Shown in pieces: positions 30,982-41,100 of a stretch of DNA of 64,000 bases. The first letter of the stretch is position 1. Every line of letters starts with the position of its first letter. The position numbers were made by a program, and so were the translations under genes. A model generated the notes under the pieces. That model ran no database searches. It was not told where the DNA came from and worked only from the letters and a program-made list of their open reading frames with translations. The DNA is from Candidatus Spongiisociaceae bacterium (lineage in GTDB: Bacteria > Actinomycetota > Acidimicrobiia > Spongiisociales > Spongiisociaceae), in assembly GCA_965219685.1 (NCBI GenBank), contig CBDCOH010000002.1, forward strand, positions 448,001 through 512,000, given 5' to 3'.

Positions 30982-32421
30982 GTGAGATTCATCAACGATG
31001 TGACGCCCGGGCACGAGCAGACCTTCTCCGAAGTCTTCCTGGCCCCTTCATTCTCGGATGTCGCTTCGCGGTTGGACGTGGACTTCCGGACCCCGGACCG
31101 TGTGGGTACCAGCATTCCCATCGTCGTGGCCAACATGACCGCGGTCGCGGGACGCCGCATGGCCGAGACCGTGGCGCGGAGGGGCGGGGTGGCGGTTCTT
31201 CCCCAGGACGTGGAGATCGAGGCCATCGCCGACATGGTCGCTTCTGTCAAGAGCGCGCACCGGGTGGTCGACACCGCGCTCACCCTGACCCCGCAGGACA
31301 ATGTCAACACCGCTCGGGCCCTGATCTACAAGCGTTCCCACCGAGCCGTAATCGTGGTGGATGGCCGAAATCGCCCGGTCGGGATCTTCACCGAGATGGA
31401 CAAGGAGGGTGCAGACCCCTTCACCCCGCTGGCCGAGGTGATGTCGGAGGACCCGATCGTACTTCCGGTCAGCCTGGATCCGGAGGCGATGTTCAACGAG
31501 CTCGCGAACCGGCGGGTGCACCTTGCCCCGGTGGTTGACGGGTCTGGGGAACTGGTCGGCGTGATGACCGAGCAGGGCGCGATCCGGGCGACGCTCTATG
31601 AGCCCGCCACCGACGACAACGGTCGGTTGCTGGTGGCGGCCGCGGTGGGGATCAGCGGTGATGCCGGGACAAGGGCAGCCGAGATCGCAGGGGTCGGAGT
31701 GGACGTGCTGGTGGTCGATACCGCACACGGCCACCAGGGCCGGATGATGGAAGCGCTCAAGGAGGTGCGCGCCGCGGTTGACGACCGGCCGATAGTGGCA
31801 GGCAACGTGGTGACGGCCGCCGGGGTGAACGACCTCCTGGATGTCGGTGCTGACATCGTGAAGGTCGGTGTGGGTCCCGGGGCCATGTGCACCACCCGCA
31901 TGATGACCGGTGTCGGCCGTCCCCAGTTCTCGGCGGTTGTCGAGTGCGCGGCGGCCGCCCGCGCCCGGGGAGCCCACATCTGGGCCGACGGCGGTTTGCG
32001 CCATCCGCGGGATGTGGCGCTGGCGCTTGCGGGAGGGGCTGCAAGCGTGATGATCGGATCCTGGTTCGCGGGGACCTACGAGTCGGCTGCGGAAGCGATG
32101 CGAGACCCCCACGGGCGGGTCTACAAGGAGAACTACGGGATGGCATCGAGGCGCGCGGTCCGGCGCCGGACCCGGAACGACAGCCGCTACCAGAGGGCGG
32201 TGAAGGCCCTTTTCGAGGAAGGAATCTCAGAGTCCAAGATGTATCTCGATCCGGAGGCGCCCGGAGTGGAGGACCTCATAGACCGGATCGTTGCCGGTAT
32301 CCGGTCCGCCTTCACGTATGCCGGCGCCCGGACCATCGACGAGTTCCACGAGCGGGCCGTGATCGGAGTCCAATCGATGGCGGGTTATTCGGAGGGCCAA
32401 CCCGTCCGCGACGGTTGGTAG
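30982..32421 (+). CDS. guaB1: GuaB1-family IMPDH-related protein (GMP reductase-like) with CBS domains
   Basis: VVANMTAVAGRRMAET, DTAHGH, GVGPGAMCTTR, WADGG, YGMAS. Confidence 0.92.
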   Translation: MRFINDVTPGHEQTFSEVFLAPSFSDVASRLDVDFRTPDRVGTSIPIVVANMTAVAGRRMAETVARRGGVAVLPQDVEIEAIADMVASVKSAHRVVDTALTLTPQDNVNTARALIYKRSHRAVIVVDGRNRPVGIFTEMDKEGADPFTPLAEVMSEDPIVLPVSLDPEAMFNELANRRVHLAPVVDGSGELVGVMTEQGAIRATLYEPATDDNGRLLVAAAVGISGDAGTRAAEIAGVGVDVLVVDTAHGHQGRMMEALKEVRAAVDDRPIVAGNVVTAAGVNDLLDVGADIVKVGVGPGAMCTTRMMTGVGRPQFSAVVECAAAARARGAHIWADGGLRHPRDVALALAGGAASVMIGSWFAGTYESAAEAMRDPHGRVYKENYGMASRRAVRRRTRNDSRYQRAVKALFEEGISESKMYLDPEAPGVEDLIDRIVAGIRSAFTYAGARTIDEFHERAVIGVQSMAGYSEGQPVRDGW

Positions 32422-32436
32422 GACTCGCGGGATGCG

Positions 32437-32925
32437 GTGCATCTCCTCGTGAAACCGGTAGAGGTGACGGTCACCTGCGGAACCGCCGACGAGGCGCACC
32501 GGATAATGACGGCGATCGTGGAGCGACGCCTGGCGGCCTGCGGTCATACCTGGCCCATCCGGAGTTGCTACCGGTGGGAGGGAAGGGTGGTGAACGACGA
32601 GGAGCATGTGCTACTCCTCAAGTCCGTGGATGCGCACTTCGGCGCGGTGTGCGACGTGATCCGATCGATGCACAGTTACGACCTGCCGTCGATAGTGATG
32701 ATCCCGCTGGTGGGGCACGGACCGGGTTACGTGGAGTGGCTGTTCGAGGCGACGGACTGCCGGGCACCCGAGCCGGCCCCTGAAGCCGACCCCCGGAGGA
32801 GGGACTCGATATCGGCCGATTCCGGCCGGTTGAGCGACGGCGGCGCCCGCGCGGGCCCCGTCCGCCGCACCTCCGATCACGATGATGCCCCGAAATGGCG
32901 CGGGGCCAGAGAGAAATCCGAGTAG
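32437..32925 (+). CDS. cutA: Divalent-cation tolerance protein CutA
   Basis: RLAAC, S.YRWEG, HSYDLP motifs. Confidence 0.88.
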   Translation: MHLLVKPVEVTVTCGTADEAHRIMTAIVERRLAACGHTWPIRSCYRWEGRVVNDEEHVLLLKSVDAHFGAVCDVIRSMHSYDLPSIVMIPLVGHGPGYVEWLFEATDCRAPEPAPEADPRRRDSISADSGRLSDGGARAGPVRRTSDHDDAPKWRGAREKSE

Positions 32926-32936
32926 CCTCTCAGACG

Positions 32937-33929
32937 ATGGCACGGGTAAGACTGTTCGCGAACCTGCGGGAGATCGCAGGAGTTTCCCAACTCGACATAG
33001 CGGGCGATACCGTCGGCGAGGTCGTCTCCGCCCTCGTGGCGCGCTACGGGCGGGAGTTCGAGCGCCGTCTGGACACGGCGCGTATCTGGAAGAACGGAAG
33101 CGAGGGGGCCGACGACGACCCCGTAACCGACGGCGACGAGTTGGCGCTCATCCCCCCGGTGTCCGGAGGTGCAGAGCGGGGTATCGCAGGTGGGGGGCTC
33201 GAGAGCCTGCTTCTGGCCGGACTGACGCTGTTGCTGCTGGGTGCGAACGTAATGGGCATAGCCTTCCTCGTGGCGCTGTGGGTGGGTGTGGCGGCGCTAT
33301 GGGTCATAGACCTGGCGTCAGCGTCCTCCGACGCTGATTTCAAGATCGATTACCAACCCTTGCTGGCGGCGATCGTGGTGTCCATGGCGACCAGCAACAC
33401 GTTCGGGCTCTCAGGTCTTGGGATAGGCGTGGCACTCACGGTCGTCATAGTCATGGGATGGACGATCGTCAGTCCCGGGGCAAGGGACCTAACCACTATC
33501 GCGGCTTCCGGTCTGTGCGCCCTCATCGCGTCCCTGTCCGTCTCCTCGATTCTTCTCGCCAGGGCATCGGTTTCGGGCGCAGGCGAAGGGAATATTGCCG
33601 GCCTGCTGATTGTCGCCATCCTCGGGGCGATAGCGGGGCGACTGGCCGAACGCAGCCGTTCCCGGATGGCGGATCCCTACATGATGGCCTCTATCGTGAT
33701 GGTCCTCGCAGCCCTGGCGGTGGCCTATCTGGCGGACTTCTCCCGCCTCGGTTGGTTCTTCATCGGATTGGTGATGGCGGGCGCGGTGATCGCCGGCCGG
33801 GGGATCGGCTCGGCCTTCCGGACCGGAAGCATCCAGCTGACGGTGCGTCCTGACGGAATGCTGACCGCCCTGGACGGCCCCATGCTGGCCGTGGCCGTCT
33901 TCGTCCCGGTGATGTGGTTGATCCTCTGA
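32937..33929 (+). CDS. MoaD/ThiS ubiquitin-like domain fused to a multi-pass membrane domain (degenerate CdsA-like)
   Basis: MARVRLFANLREIAG...DELALIPPVSGG continues in frame into about 250 hydrophobic residues. Confidence 0.75.
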   Translation: MARVRLFANLREIAGVSQLDIAGDTVGEVVSALVARYGREFERRLDTARIWKNGSEGADDDPVTDGDELALIPPVSGGAERGIAGGGLESLLLAGLTLLLLGANVMGIAFLVALWVGVAALWVIDLASASSDADFKIDYQPLLAAIVVSMATSNTFGLSGLGIGVALTVVIVMGWTIVSPGARDLTTIAASGLCALIASLSVSSILLARASVSGAGEGNIAGLLIVAILGAIAGRLAERSRSRMADPYMMASIVMVLAALAVAYLADFSRLGWFFIGLVMAGAVIAGRGIGSAFRTGSIQLTVRPDGMLTALDGPMLAVAVFVPVMWLIL

Positions 33930-34013
33930 AACCTCTGCCTGCGGCGGCTGCGGTTCCGGCGGTGGGCGGCGCTGATGGCTCGTTGAAGTGCGACACGGCT
34001 AGCCTCCGCATCG

Positions 34014-35123
34014 ATGTTGAGGCAACTTCCCCGCGCCCTGCTGCCGTTCGTCCTGATCGCCTCGGTGGCGCTCGTCCCGCCCGCTCCCTCCTCCGCGGTT
34101 ACCAAGGCGCAGGTGGACGCGGCGTGCGCGGATTACCGAGACGCCAAGGCGCGCCTCGATGAAGCGATCGAGAGACGGGATACCGCCCAGGAGCGTTATG
34201 CCGAGCTCTACGCGGACCGCCTGGTCATGTCCGACCGGACTGACCGCTTGGCTGAGCAGATCGCCGAGCGGGAGCAGGAGGTCGAGGCGTTGCGCGACCA
34301 GGTTGTGGAGTGGGCTGTAGAGGCATACATGGCAGCCGACACGGAGATCAGCGGGATCGTGCTCAGGACCCGCTCGCTCGATCAATTGATCACGGGCCAG
34401 GAGTTCCTCAAGGTGATCACGAATGAACGCGTCGCGGCGGTGGACCGCTTGGTGGTCATCGTTGCCGAGACCGAGGTCATGCGGGAGGACCTGGAAGACG
34501 AGGCCACCGAACTGCTCCTCTTGGAGGCCGAGGCATTCGGCGTGGCGCAGGTACTGGCAGGCGCTACCGACGAGGCGCTTGGTGCGGCCAGGGAACTGAA
34601 GGGCGAGTGCAGGCGGCTGTACCAGCAGCGTCAGCAAGAACTGGCCCTGGCGGCGGCTCGCGAAGCAGCGCGCCGTTCGGGCGGCGCCGGGGGAGCTCCC
34701 GCATCGCTGACTCCCGGATTCCTGTGCCCGTTGGACCCCGGGGCGACGTCGTTCATCAACGATTGGGGCTTCCCTCGCTCCGGCGGGCGCAAGCACAGAG
34801 GCAATGACATGTTCGCCCCCATGCGCCAACCGGTCAGAGCCGTGGCGGACGGCTCGGTGCTGCTGAAGAGCGGGGGGTTGGGAGGTAGGGCGCTCTGGCT
34901 CTCGGCGGCCAACGGGGTCGACTACTACTATGCCCACCTCGACGGTTACGCCCGAGGGATCGTCACCGGCGCCAACGTGAGGAGGGGCCAGGTGATCGCG
35001 TACAACGGCAACACCGGAAATGCCCGCGGCGGGGCCCCGCACGTTCACTTTCAGCTCCATCCGAACGGCAGGACCAGCCGTCCGGTCAACCCTTACCCGA
35101 CCCTCGTCCGGGCGTGCCGTTGA
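34014..35123 (+). CDS. Secreted M23 peptidase with N-terminal coiled coil
   Basis: Signal peptide, coiled coil, HRGND, YAHL, GNTGN, HVHF. Confidence 0.9.
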   Translation: MLRQLPRALLPFVLIASVALVPPAPSSAVTKAQVDAACADYRDAKARLDEAIERRDTAQERYAELYADRLVMSDRTDRLAEQIAEREQEVEALRDQVVEWAVEAYMAADTEISGIVLRTRSLDQLITGQEFLKVITNERVAAVDRLVVIVAETEVMREDLEDEATELLLLEAEAFGVAQVLAGATDEALGAARELKGECRRLYQQRQQELALAAAREAARRSGGAGGAPASLTPGFLCPLDPGATSFINDWGFPRSGGRKHRGNDMFAPMRQPVRAVADGSVLLKSGGLGGRALWLSAANGVDYYYAHLDGYARGIVTGANVRRGQVIAYNGNTGNARGGAPHVHFQLHPNGRTSRPVNPYPTLVRACR

Positions 35124-36091
35124 CTGGAGACGCGATTCTCGCGGATGGCGGTTCCCATCCGGACGGAGGGGCCGGGCGGGTCGGCATCCATCCGCTGACC
35201 TTCACGACGCCTGATCGCCATCAGCCGGTCTCCCCGAAGGTCGGGCCGTTCGCGAAGCGGCACTTCCTCGACACCGTTTGGCGGCACACCGCGCTTCCCG
35301 GCCAAGTACCTGTGGTATTGGCCGGCGACGAGGGGGAGGTGGTCCTGGTCGAGGAACCCGGTGCGATCGGGTTGCTCGGACATGAGGACCTCGTCGACTA
35401 CCGGTCGCCCCTCGGGGACACCGTCGATCTGCTGGCCGACCGGTTCAGCCGGCTGGAACCGGGCCTCAGGTTCCGCTTCGACTCTCTCCCGGAAGGGTCG
35501 GCCCGAGTATTCGCTGCGGCGTTGGACCGGGCAGGGGTGATCCATCGTTCGGTCCGCCATACCGCAACCGCCCTCCTCGAATTACCCGGCTCCTTCGACG
35601 ACTACCTGATGTCCATCGGGAAGAAGGAACGGCACGAGACCCGGCGGAAGCGGCGGCGTTTCGAGGCAGCCCTGGGGCCGCCCCGGATCGTCACCTTCGA
35701 AGATTCCGGACCCGTCCTCGAAGACTTCTTCCGGCTACATCGGCGCTCGAGGGGAAGCAAGGGTTCGTTCATGACGGAACGGATGGCGGGTATGTTCGCC
35801 GACCTGCTGGGTGGCGCCGGATGGCGGCTCGACGCCCTGTACGGCGCCGAGCCCCGTCTCGTCGCCGCAGTGATCGGATACTCCGACGGCTCGGGTTACT
35901 ACCTATACAACTCCGCCTACGATCCCGAACTGTCTCATGCGTCCCCGGGAGTGGTCCTGCTGAGCGAGTTGATCCGGATGGCAATCGGTGGAGGCTTGGA
36001 GGTCTTCGACTTCCTGAAGGGTGAGGAGACCTACAAGTTACGGATGGGAGCTCGCCGCCGACCCCTCTTTGTGGTGGAGGGTCCGGGATGA
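35114..36091 (+). CDS. GNAT-family acetyltransferase (Acetyltransf_6-like)
   Basis: YNSAYD, SPGVVL, FDFLKG.E.YK...GA. Start uncertain. Confidence 0.8.
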   Translation: MPLTGDAILADGGSHPDGGAGRVGIHPLTFTTPDRHQPVSPKVGPFAKRHFLDTVWRHTALPGQVPVVLAGDEGEVVLVEEPGAIGLLGHEDLVDYRSPLGDTVDLLADRFSRLEPGLRFRFDSLPEGSARVFAAALDRAGVIHRSVRHTATALLELPGSFDDYLMSIGKKERHETRRKRRRFEAALGPPRIVTFEDSGPVLEDFFRLHRRSRGSKGSFMTERMAGMFADLLGGAGWRLDALYGAEPRLVAAVIGYSDGSGYYLYNSAYDPELSHASPGVVLLSELIRMAIGGGLEVFDFLKGEETYKLRMGARRRPLFVVEGPG

Positions 36092-37317
36092 TCCGCCGCG
36101 TGGCCTTCCTCTCGATGCACACGTCCCCGCTCGACCTCCCCGGATCGGGCGAGGCCGGGGGAATGAACGTCTATATCGACGAGTTGGCTGCCAGCCTCGT
36201 AGGCAGGGGAGTGGAGGTGACGGTCTTCACGAGGCGCACCGATCCGGGGCAACCCCGCGTGCTGACCACCCCGAGCGGGTACAGGGTGGCGCATGTGACC
36301 GCTGGGCCGGCAAGACCCATCCCGATCTCGGGGTTGGGGGTATGGGTGGGCGAATTCGCCAAGCGGGTCACCGACGCCATCGCCGGCCGTCGATCGGGTG
36401 CCACCGATCTGGTTCACAGCCACTACTGGCTGTCCGGCTGGGCGGGCCTGGCCGTCAAGCAAGCCGTCGGGCTCCCGCTGGCCAACTCGTTCCATACCCT
36501 GGGGAGGGTCAAGGATGCCACCAGACGCCCCGGGCAGCCACCTGAGCCCTTGCTGCGGATAGCGGCGGAGACCGAGGTCATCACTCTCTCGGATTGTGTT
36601 ATCGCATCCACCGAGTACGAGGCGATGGAGCTGATCGAGCAGTACGGCGCCGACCCGAGCCGGGTATGTGTCAACCCGCCAGGCGTTGATCTGGAACGGT
36701 TCAGGCCGGGAGATCGGATGGAGGCGCGCCGGCAGATCGGCATCGACCGCGCCCCCACGGTTCTGTTCGTGGGACGCATACAGGCGCTCAAGGGGCTCGA
36801 CGTGGCGGTCGAGGCCCTCTGCACGGTTAGGGACCGGCTCCCGGAAGCCCGCATGATGGTGGTCGGGGGACCGAGCGGTCCGTCGGGGGAGGAGGAGCAC
36901 CGATCGATCCAGAAGATGGCGGACCGTCTCGGACTGGGGGATGCGGTGACATGGTGCGGGGTGCAACCTCACGGACGGCTCCCGATCTTCTATCGCGCGG
37001 CCGATGTCCTCGTCGTGCCGTCGCGGAGCGAGTCATTCGGACTCGTGGCGGCCGAGGCGCAGGCGAGTGGACTTCCGGTGGTCGCTGCAAACGTCGGCGG
37101 TCTCCGGTACGTGATTCGCGACGGGACATCGGGCGTGCTGGTGGACGGCTGGGACCCCGCAGACTACGGGAAGGCGCTCCTGCGGGTCCTCGAGTCGCCG
37201 GCGGAGCGTCTCCACCTCGCCGCCGGGGCGCTGGAGGCGGGTCGCCGCTTCGGCTGGGACAGAGCAACCGAGCGGTTGCTGGAACTCTATCGTGGCGTGA
37301 CGGATGGAACGCGCTGA
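36088..37317 (+). CDS. mshA: D-inositol-3-phosphate glycosyltransferase (mycothiol synthesis)
   Basis: HTSPL..PG.G.AGGMNVY, HSHYWLSG, GRIQ.LKG, ESFGLVA.EA. Confidence 0.88.
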   Translation: MIRRVAFLSMHTSPLDLPGSGEAGGMNVYIDELAASLVGRGVEVTVFTRRTDPGQPRVLTTPSGYRVAHVTAGPARPIPISGLGVWVGEFAKRVTDAIAGRRSGATDLVHSHYWLSGWAGLAVKQAVGLPLANSFHTLGRVKDATRRPGQPPEPLLRIAAETEVITLSDCVIASTEYEAMELIEQYGADPSRVCVNPPGVDLERFRPGDRMEARRQIGIDRAPTVLFVGRIQALKGLDVAVEALCTVRDRLPEARMMVVGGPSGPSGEEEHRSIQKMADRLGLGDAVTWCGVQPHGRLPIFYRAADVLVVPSRSESFGLVAAEAQASGLPVVAANVGGLRYVIRDGTSGVLVDGWDPADYGKALLRVLESPAERLHLAAGALEAGRRFGWDRATERLLELYRGVTDGTR

Positions 37318-37726
37318 ACTGGCGCGACGCCTGGGAGACCTGTTCGCGGGGTGGGTGGACGATCCGGACTCCGACGTCGTGGCGGCCGAACTCGTCGAGG
37401 GCCGGTGGGCGGTGCGTATGGCGCAGCAGACCCGCGACTTCACCACGGTCTGGGTCACGCCAGGGGACCGGACCGTCGCCTTCGAGGTCTATGTCCTGCC
37501 TCCGCCACCCCGACGGTTGGCGGAGGTCTACCGGCAACTGCTGTTTCGCAACCGTGGGGCGTGGCGGGTCCACTTCGCGATCGATGGGGACGGCGAGATA
37601 TATCTCGTCGGCCGCGTCGATGTTGCGCAGGCTACCGAGGAGACCATTCAATACGTTTTCGCGGAGATCTACGGGCTCGTCGATCTGTCCTTCCGGCCGC
37701 TGCTCCGGGCCGGATTCATCAGGTGA
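37304..37726 (+). CDS. YbjN-domain protein
   Basis: YRQLL.RN and F.ID.DG.IYL.G motifs; typical position after mshA. Confidence 0.7.
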   Translation: MERAELARRLGDLFAGWVDDPDSDVVAAELVEGRWAVRMAQQTRDFTTVWVTPGDRTVAFEVYVLPPPPRRLAEVYRQLLFRNRGAWRVHFAIDGDGEIYLVGRVDVAQATEETIQYVFAEIYGLVDLSFRPLLRAGFIR

Positions 37727-37888
37727 CGCTCCATCCGACTCCGTCAAAAAAACTCTTGGACTCTTTTCGACAGTGCTTGTGCACAACCCCTTGGGGATTG
37801 TGTGGAAAACCAGCCTTTGAGGGATTCAGACACCATACATAATCGCTAACAACAAGTGTTAGTCATGTGGTAAAGGATGGTTGATGCA

Positions 37889-37995
37889 GGACGAGCTACG
37901 TCGTAACGTAGATCCCCGAAGGCCCGAGGTGCTGGAGCCGAGCGAATCCGTCAGGGGAAGTGCGGTGGAATTCGGCGAAGGTTCCTCGGGCTTTT
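37889..37995 (+). ncRNA. Candidate structured RNA or leader ending in a U-tract
   Basis: Hairpin CTACGT-CGTA-ACGTAG (37896-37911); GCCCGAGG/CCTCGGGC (37922-37929 with 37984-37991) enclosing GCCGAG/TTCGGC; then TTTT. No family recognised. Confidence 0.3.
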
Positions 37996-38120
37996 CTCCG
38001 TCCGCAGTCCCGTGCTCAGTGGCCTCGTCCAGCCAGTGGTCGCGAGGACGGGAGAACATCGAGCGGCACTCCGGTGCCCGCTGCCCACCGATCTCCCGCT
38101 GCTGATATCCTTCGCGTTTT

Positions 38121-41100
38121 ATGAAGAAGATCATGGCTGCAAACCGGGGCGAGATAGCCATCCGGATCATGAGGGCCGCGACCGAACTCGGCCTGCGGAC
38201 CGCCACCATCTACTCCAACGAGGACCGCCTCAGCCTGCACCGCTTCAAGGCCGACGAGGCCTACGAGATCGGCGGCGACAAGGGGCCCGTGGCGGCCTAC
38301 CTCGACATCGATGGCATCGTCGCCCTGGCCAAGGAGCGGGCGGTCGACGCCATCCATCCCGGCTACGGGTTCCTATCCGAGAACAGCACGTTCTCCAGAG
38401 CCTGCGCGGAGGCCGGTATCACCTTCGTCGGTCCGTCCCCTGAGTTGCTGGAGTCGCTGGGGGACAAGACAGCTGCACGCCGCCTGGCCGAACAGGCCGG
38501 GGTACCCACCGTTCCGGGTACCGGTCTGGCCCCGGATGAGCCCGGGGAGATCGTGGCCGTTGCGGAATCGGTGGGCTACCCGCTGATAGTCAAAGCGTCG
38601 TTCGGCGGCGGCGGCCGGGGCATGCGGGTGGTCAACAGTCCCGACGAGTTGCTGGGAAAGCTGGAGGAGGCCCGAGGTGAGGCCCAGCGCACGTTCGGGG
38701 ACGGCTCCGTCTTCTTGGAGCGTTACATTGCACGGGCCCGCCACGTCGAGGTACAGATCCTGGCCGACTCGCACGGTTCCGTGGTCCACCTCTGGGAGCG
38801 GGACTGCTCGGTCCAGCGGCGCCACCAGAAGGTGGTCGAGTTGGCGCCGGCGCCGAACCTGGCCGACGACCTGAGAGACGAGATCTGCGCGGCGGCAATC
38901 CGGGTGGCCCGGACGACCGGCTACGTCAACGCGGGCACCGTCGAGTTCCTGCTCGACGCACGTACGGGCGAGTGGTTCTTCATCGAGGTGAACCCTCGTA
39001 TCCAGGTCGAGCACACGGTGACGGAACTGATCACCGGCATCGACCTGGTCCGGTCCCAGATCCTGGTGGCACAGGGACACCGGCTCCATGAGGCGCCCAT
39101 CTCGATCCCCCCGCAGACCGAGATCTCCCGCCGGGGTACCGCTATCCAATGCCGCATTACCACCGAGGACCCGGAGAACGAGTTCTCACCTGACTACGGG
39201 CGACTCCAGACCTACAGGAGTCCCGGCGGGCTGGGGATACGACTCGACGGAACCGCCTACGGCGGAGCGGTCCTCAGTCCCTTCTACGACTCCTTGCTGG
39301 TGAAGCTCACCTCCTGGGACACGAACCTTCCCGATGCTTGTACACGGGCCGATCGGGCTCTGCAGGAGTTCCGGATCCGTGGTGTCCAGACCAACATCCA
39401 GTTCCTGCGCAATGTGATCAACCATCCCGACTTCCGCAACGGGGTGGCCACCACCCACTTCCTGGACGAGACGCCGGAACTCTTCAAGATCAAACCGTCC
39501 CGTGATCGGGCCAACCGGCTGCTCCGTTACATCGGCGACACGATTCTCAACGGCAATCCCACCGTGGCGGGTAAGGAACACCCCAAGAACCTGAAGGCCC
39601 CTCCGATGGTTCCGGTCGACATGAGTGTCCAACCACCGCCCGGCACGCGCGATCTGCTGCTGGAAATGGGACCCGACCGGTTCTCCGACTGGGTGTTCGA
39701 CCAGAGGCGACTCCTGGTAACCGACACCACCTTCCGGGATGCCCACCAGTCGCTGCTGGCGACCCGGGTACGGACGTACGACCTGTTGGGGACGGCCGGA
39801 GCGGTGGCGAGGCGTCTCCCGAACCTCTTCAGCCTCGAGATGTGGGGCGGCGCCACCTTCGACGCCGCGCTCCGCTTCCTGTACGAGGATCCGTGGGAGC
39901 GATTGCGGCTGATGCGCGAGGCGATCCCAAACATCTGTTTCCAGATGCTGCTGAGGGCTTCGAACGCGGTCGGTTACACCAGCTACCCGGACAACGTGGT
40001 GCGCGAGTTCACCATCGAGGCCGCCCGGCAGGGAATCGATATCTTCCGGGTCTTCGATTCCCTCAACGACGTGCGCAACATGGAGGTGGCCATCGAAGCC
40101 GTGCGCAGCACGCACGCCATCTGTGAGGCCGCCATCTGCTACACCGGCGACCTCCTGGATCCGGGGCGTCCCAAGTACAGCCTCGAGTACTACGTCGAAC
40201 TGGCGCGGCGTCTCAAGGAGATGGGAGCGCACCTGCTGTGCATCAAGGACATGGCCGGGCTGTGTCGCCCTTACGCCGCGGATCAACTGGTGAGGGTTCT
40301 GCGCGAGGAGGTGGGCATGCCCATCCACTTCCACACCCACGATGCCAGCGGGGTACAGGCGGCGACCCTGATCAAGGGCGGTGAAGCAGGAATCGATGTG
40401 ATCGACGCGGCCGTCGCTGCCGTGTCGGGCTCCACCAGCCAGCCCAACCTCAACACGATGGTCGGTTCCCTCAAGGGCACGGAGCGCGACACCGAACTCG
40501 ACTCGGAGGCACTGGGGGACTGCTCGCTGTACTGGGAGACGGTCCGGACCTATTACCAGCCTTTCGACAACTCGCCCAAGTCCGGGAGCGCCCGGCTCTA
40601 CGACCACGAGATCCCTGGGGGTCAGTTCACGAACCTCCAGCAGCAGGCGGAGGCGCTGGGCCTCGGCCGGCGTTGGCGGGAAGTCGAGGAGATGTACGCG
40701 GATGTCAACCAGATGCTGGGAGACATAGTGAAGGTCACGCCTTCGAGCAAGGTGGTGGGTGACCTGGCTCTGTTCCTCCTGTCCAAGGGGATGACATGTG
40801 ACGAGGTCCGGAGGCTTCCAGCCGATCACAACGTGGGCTTCCCCGAGTCGGTGGTCGACATGATGAGAGGGTCCCTCGGGGAACCACCCGGTGGTTGGCC
40901 CGAGGACATCCGGCGGATCCTGCTGTGCCGCAACGAACCGATCGAGGGCAGGGCGGGCGCCGAGTTGCCGAGTGCGGACATCGACGCAGCGGTCGATGCC
41001 GCGACGGAGTTGCTCGAGCGGGAGGCAGAGTGGGCCGACGGCCTCAGTTACCTGCTCTATCCGGTGGAGTTCACAAACTTCGCCGAGACCCGGCACAAGT

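Noticed and set aside
37945-37980. SRP RNA or cobalamin riboswitch identity for the intergenic structure
   Set aside because: Only fragmentary resemblance; the SRP tetraloop segment and the downstream B12 elements are missing, so it is left unassigned.
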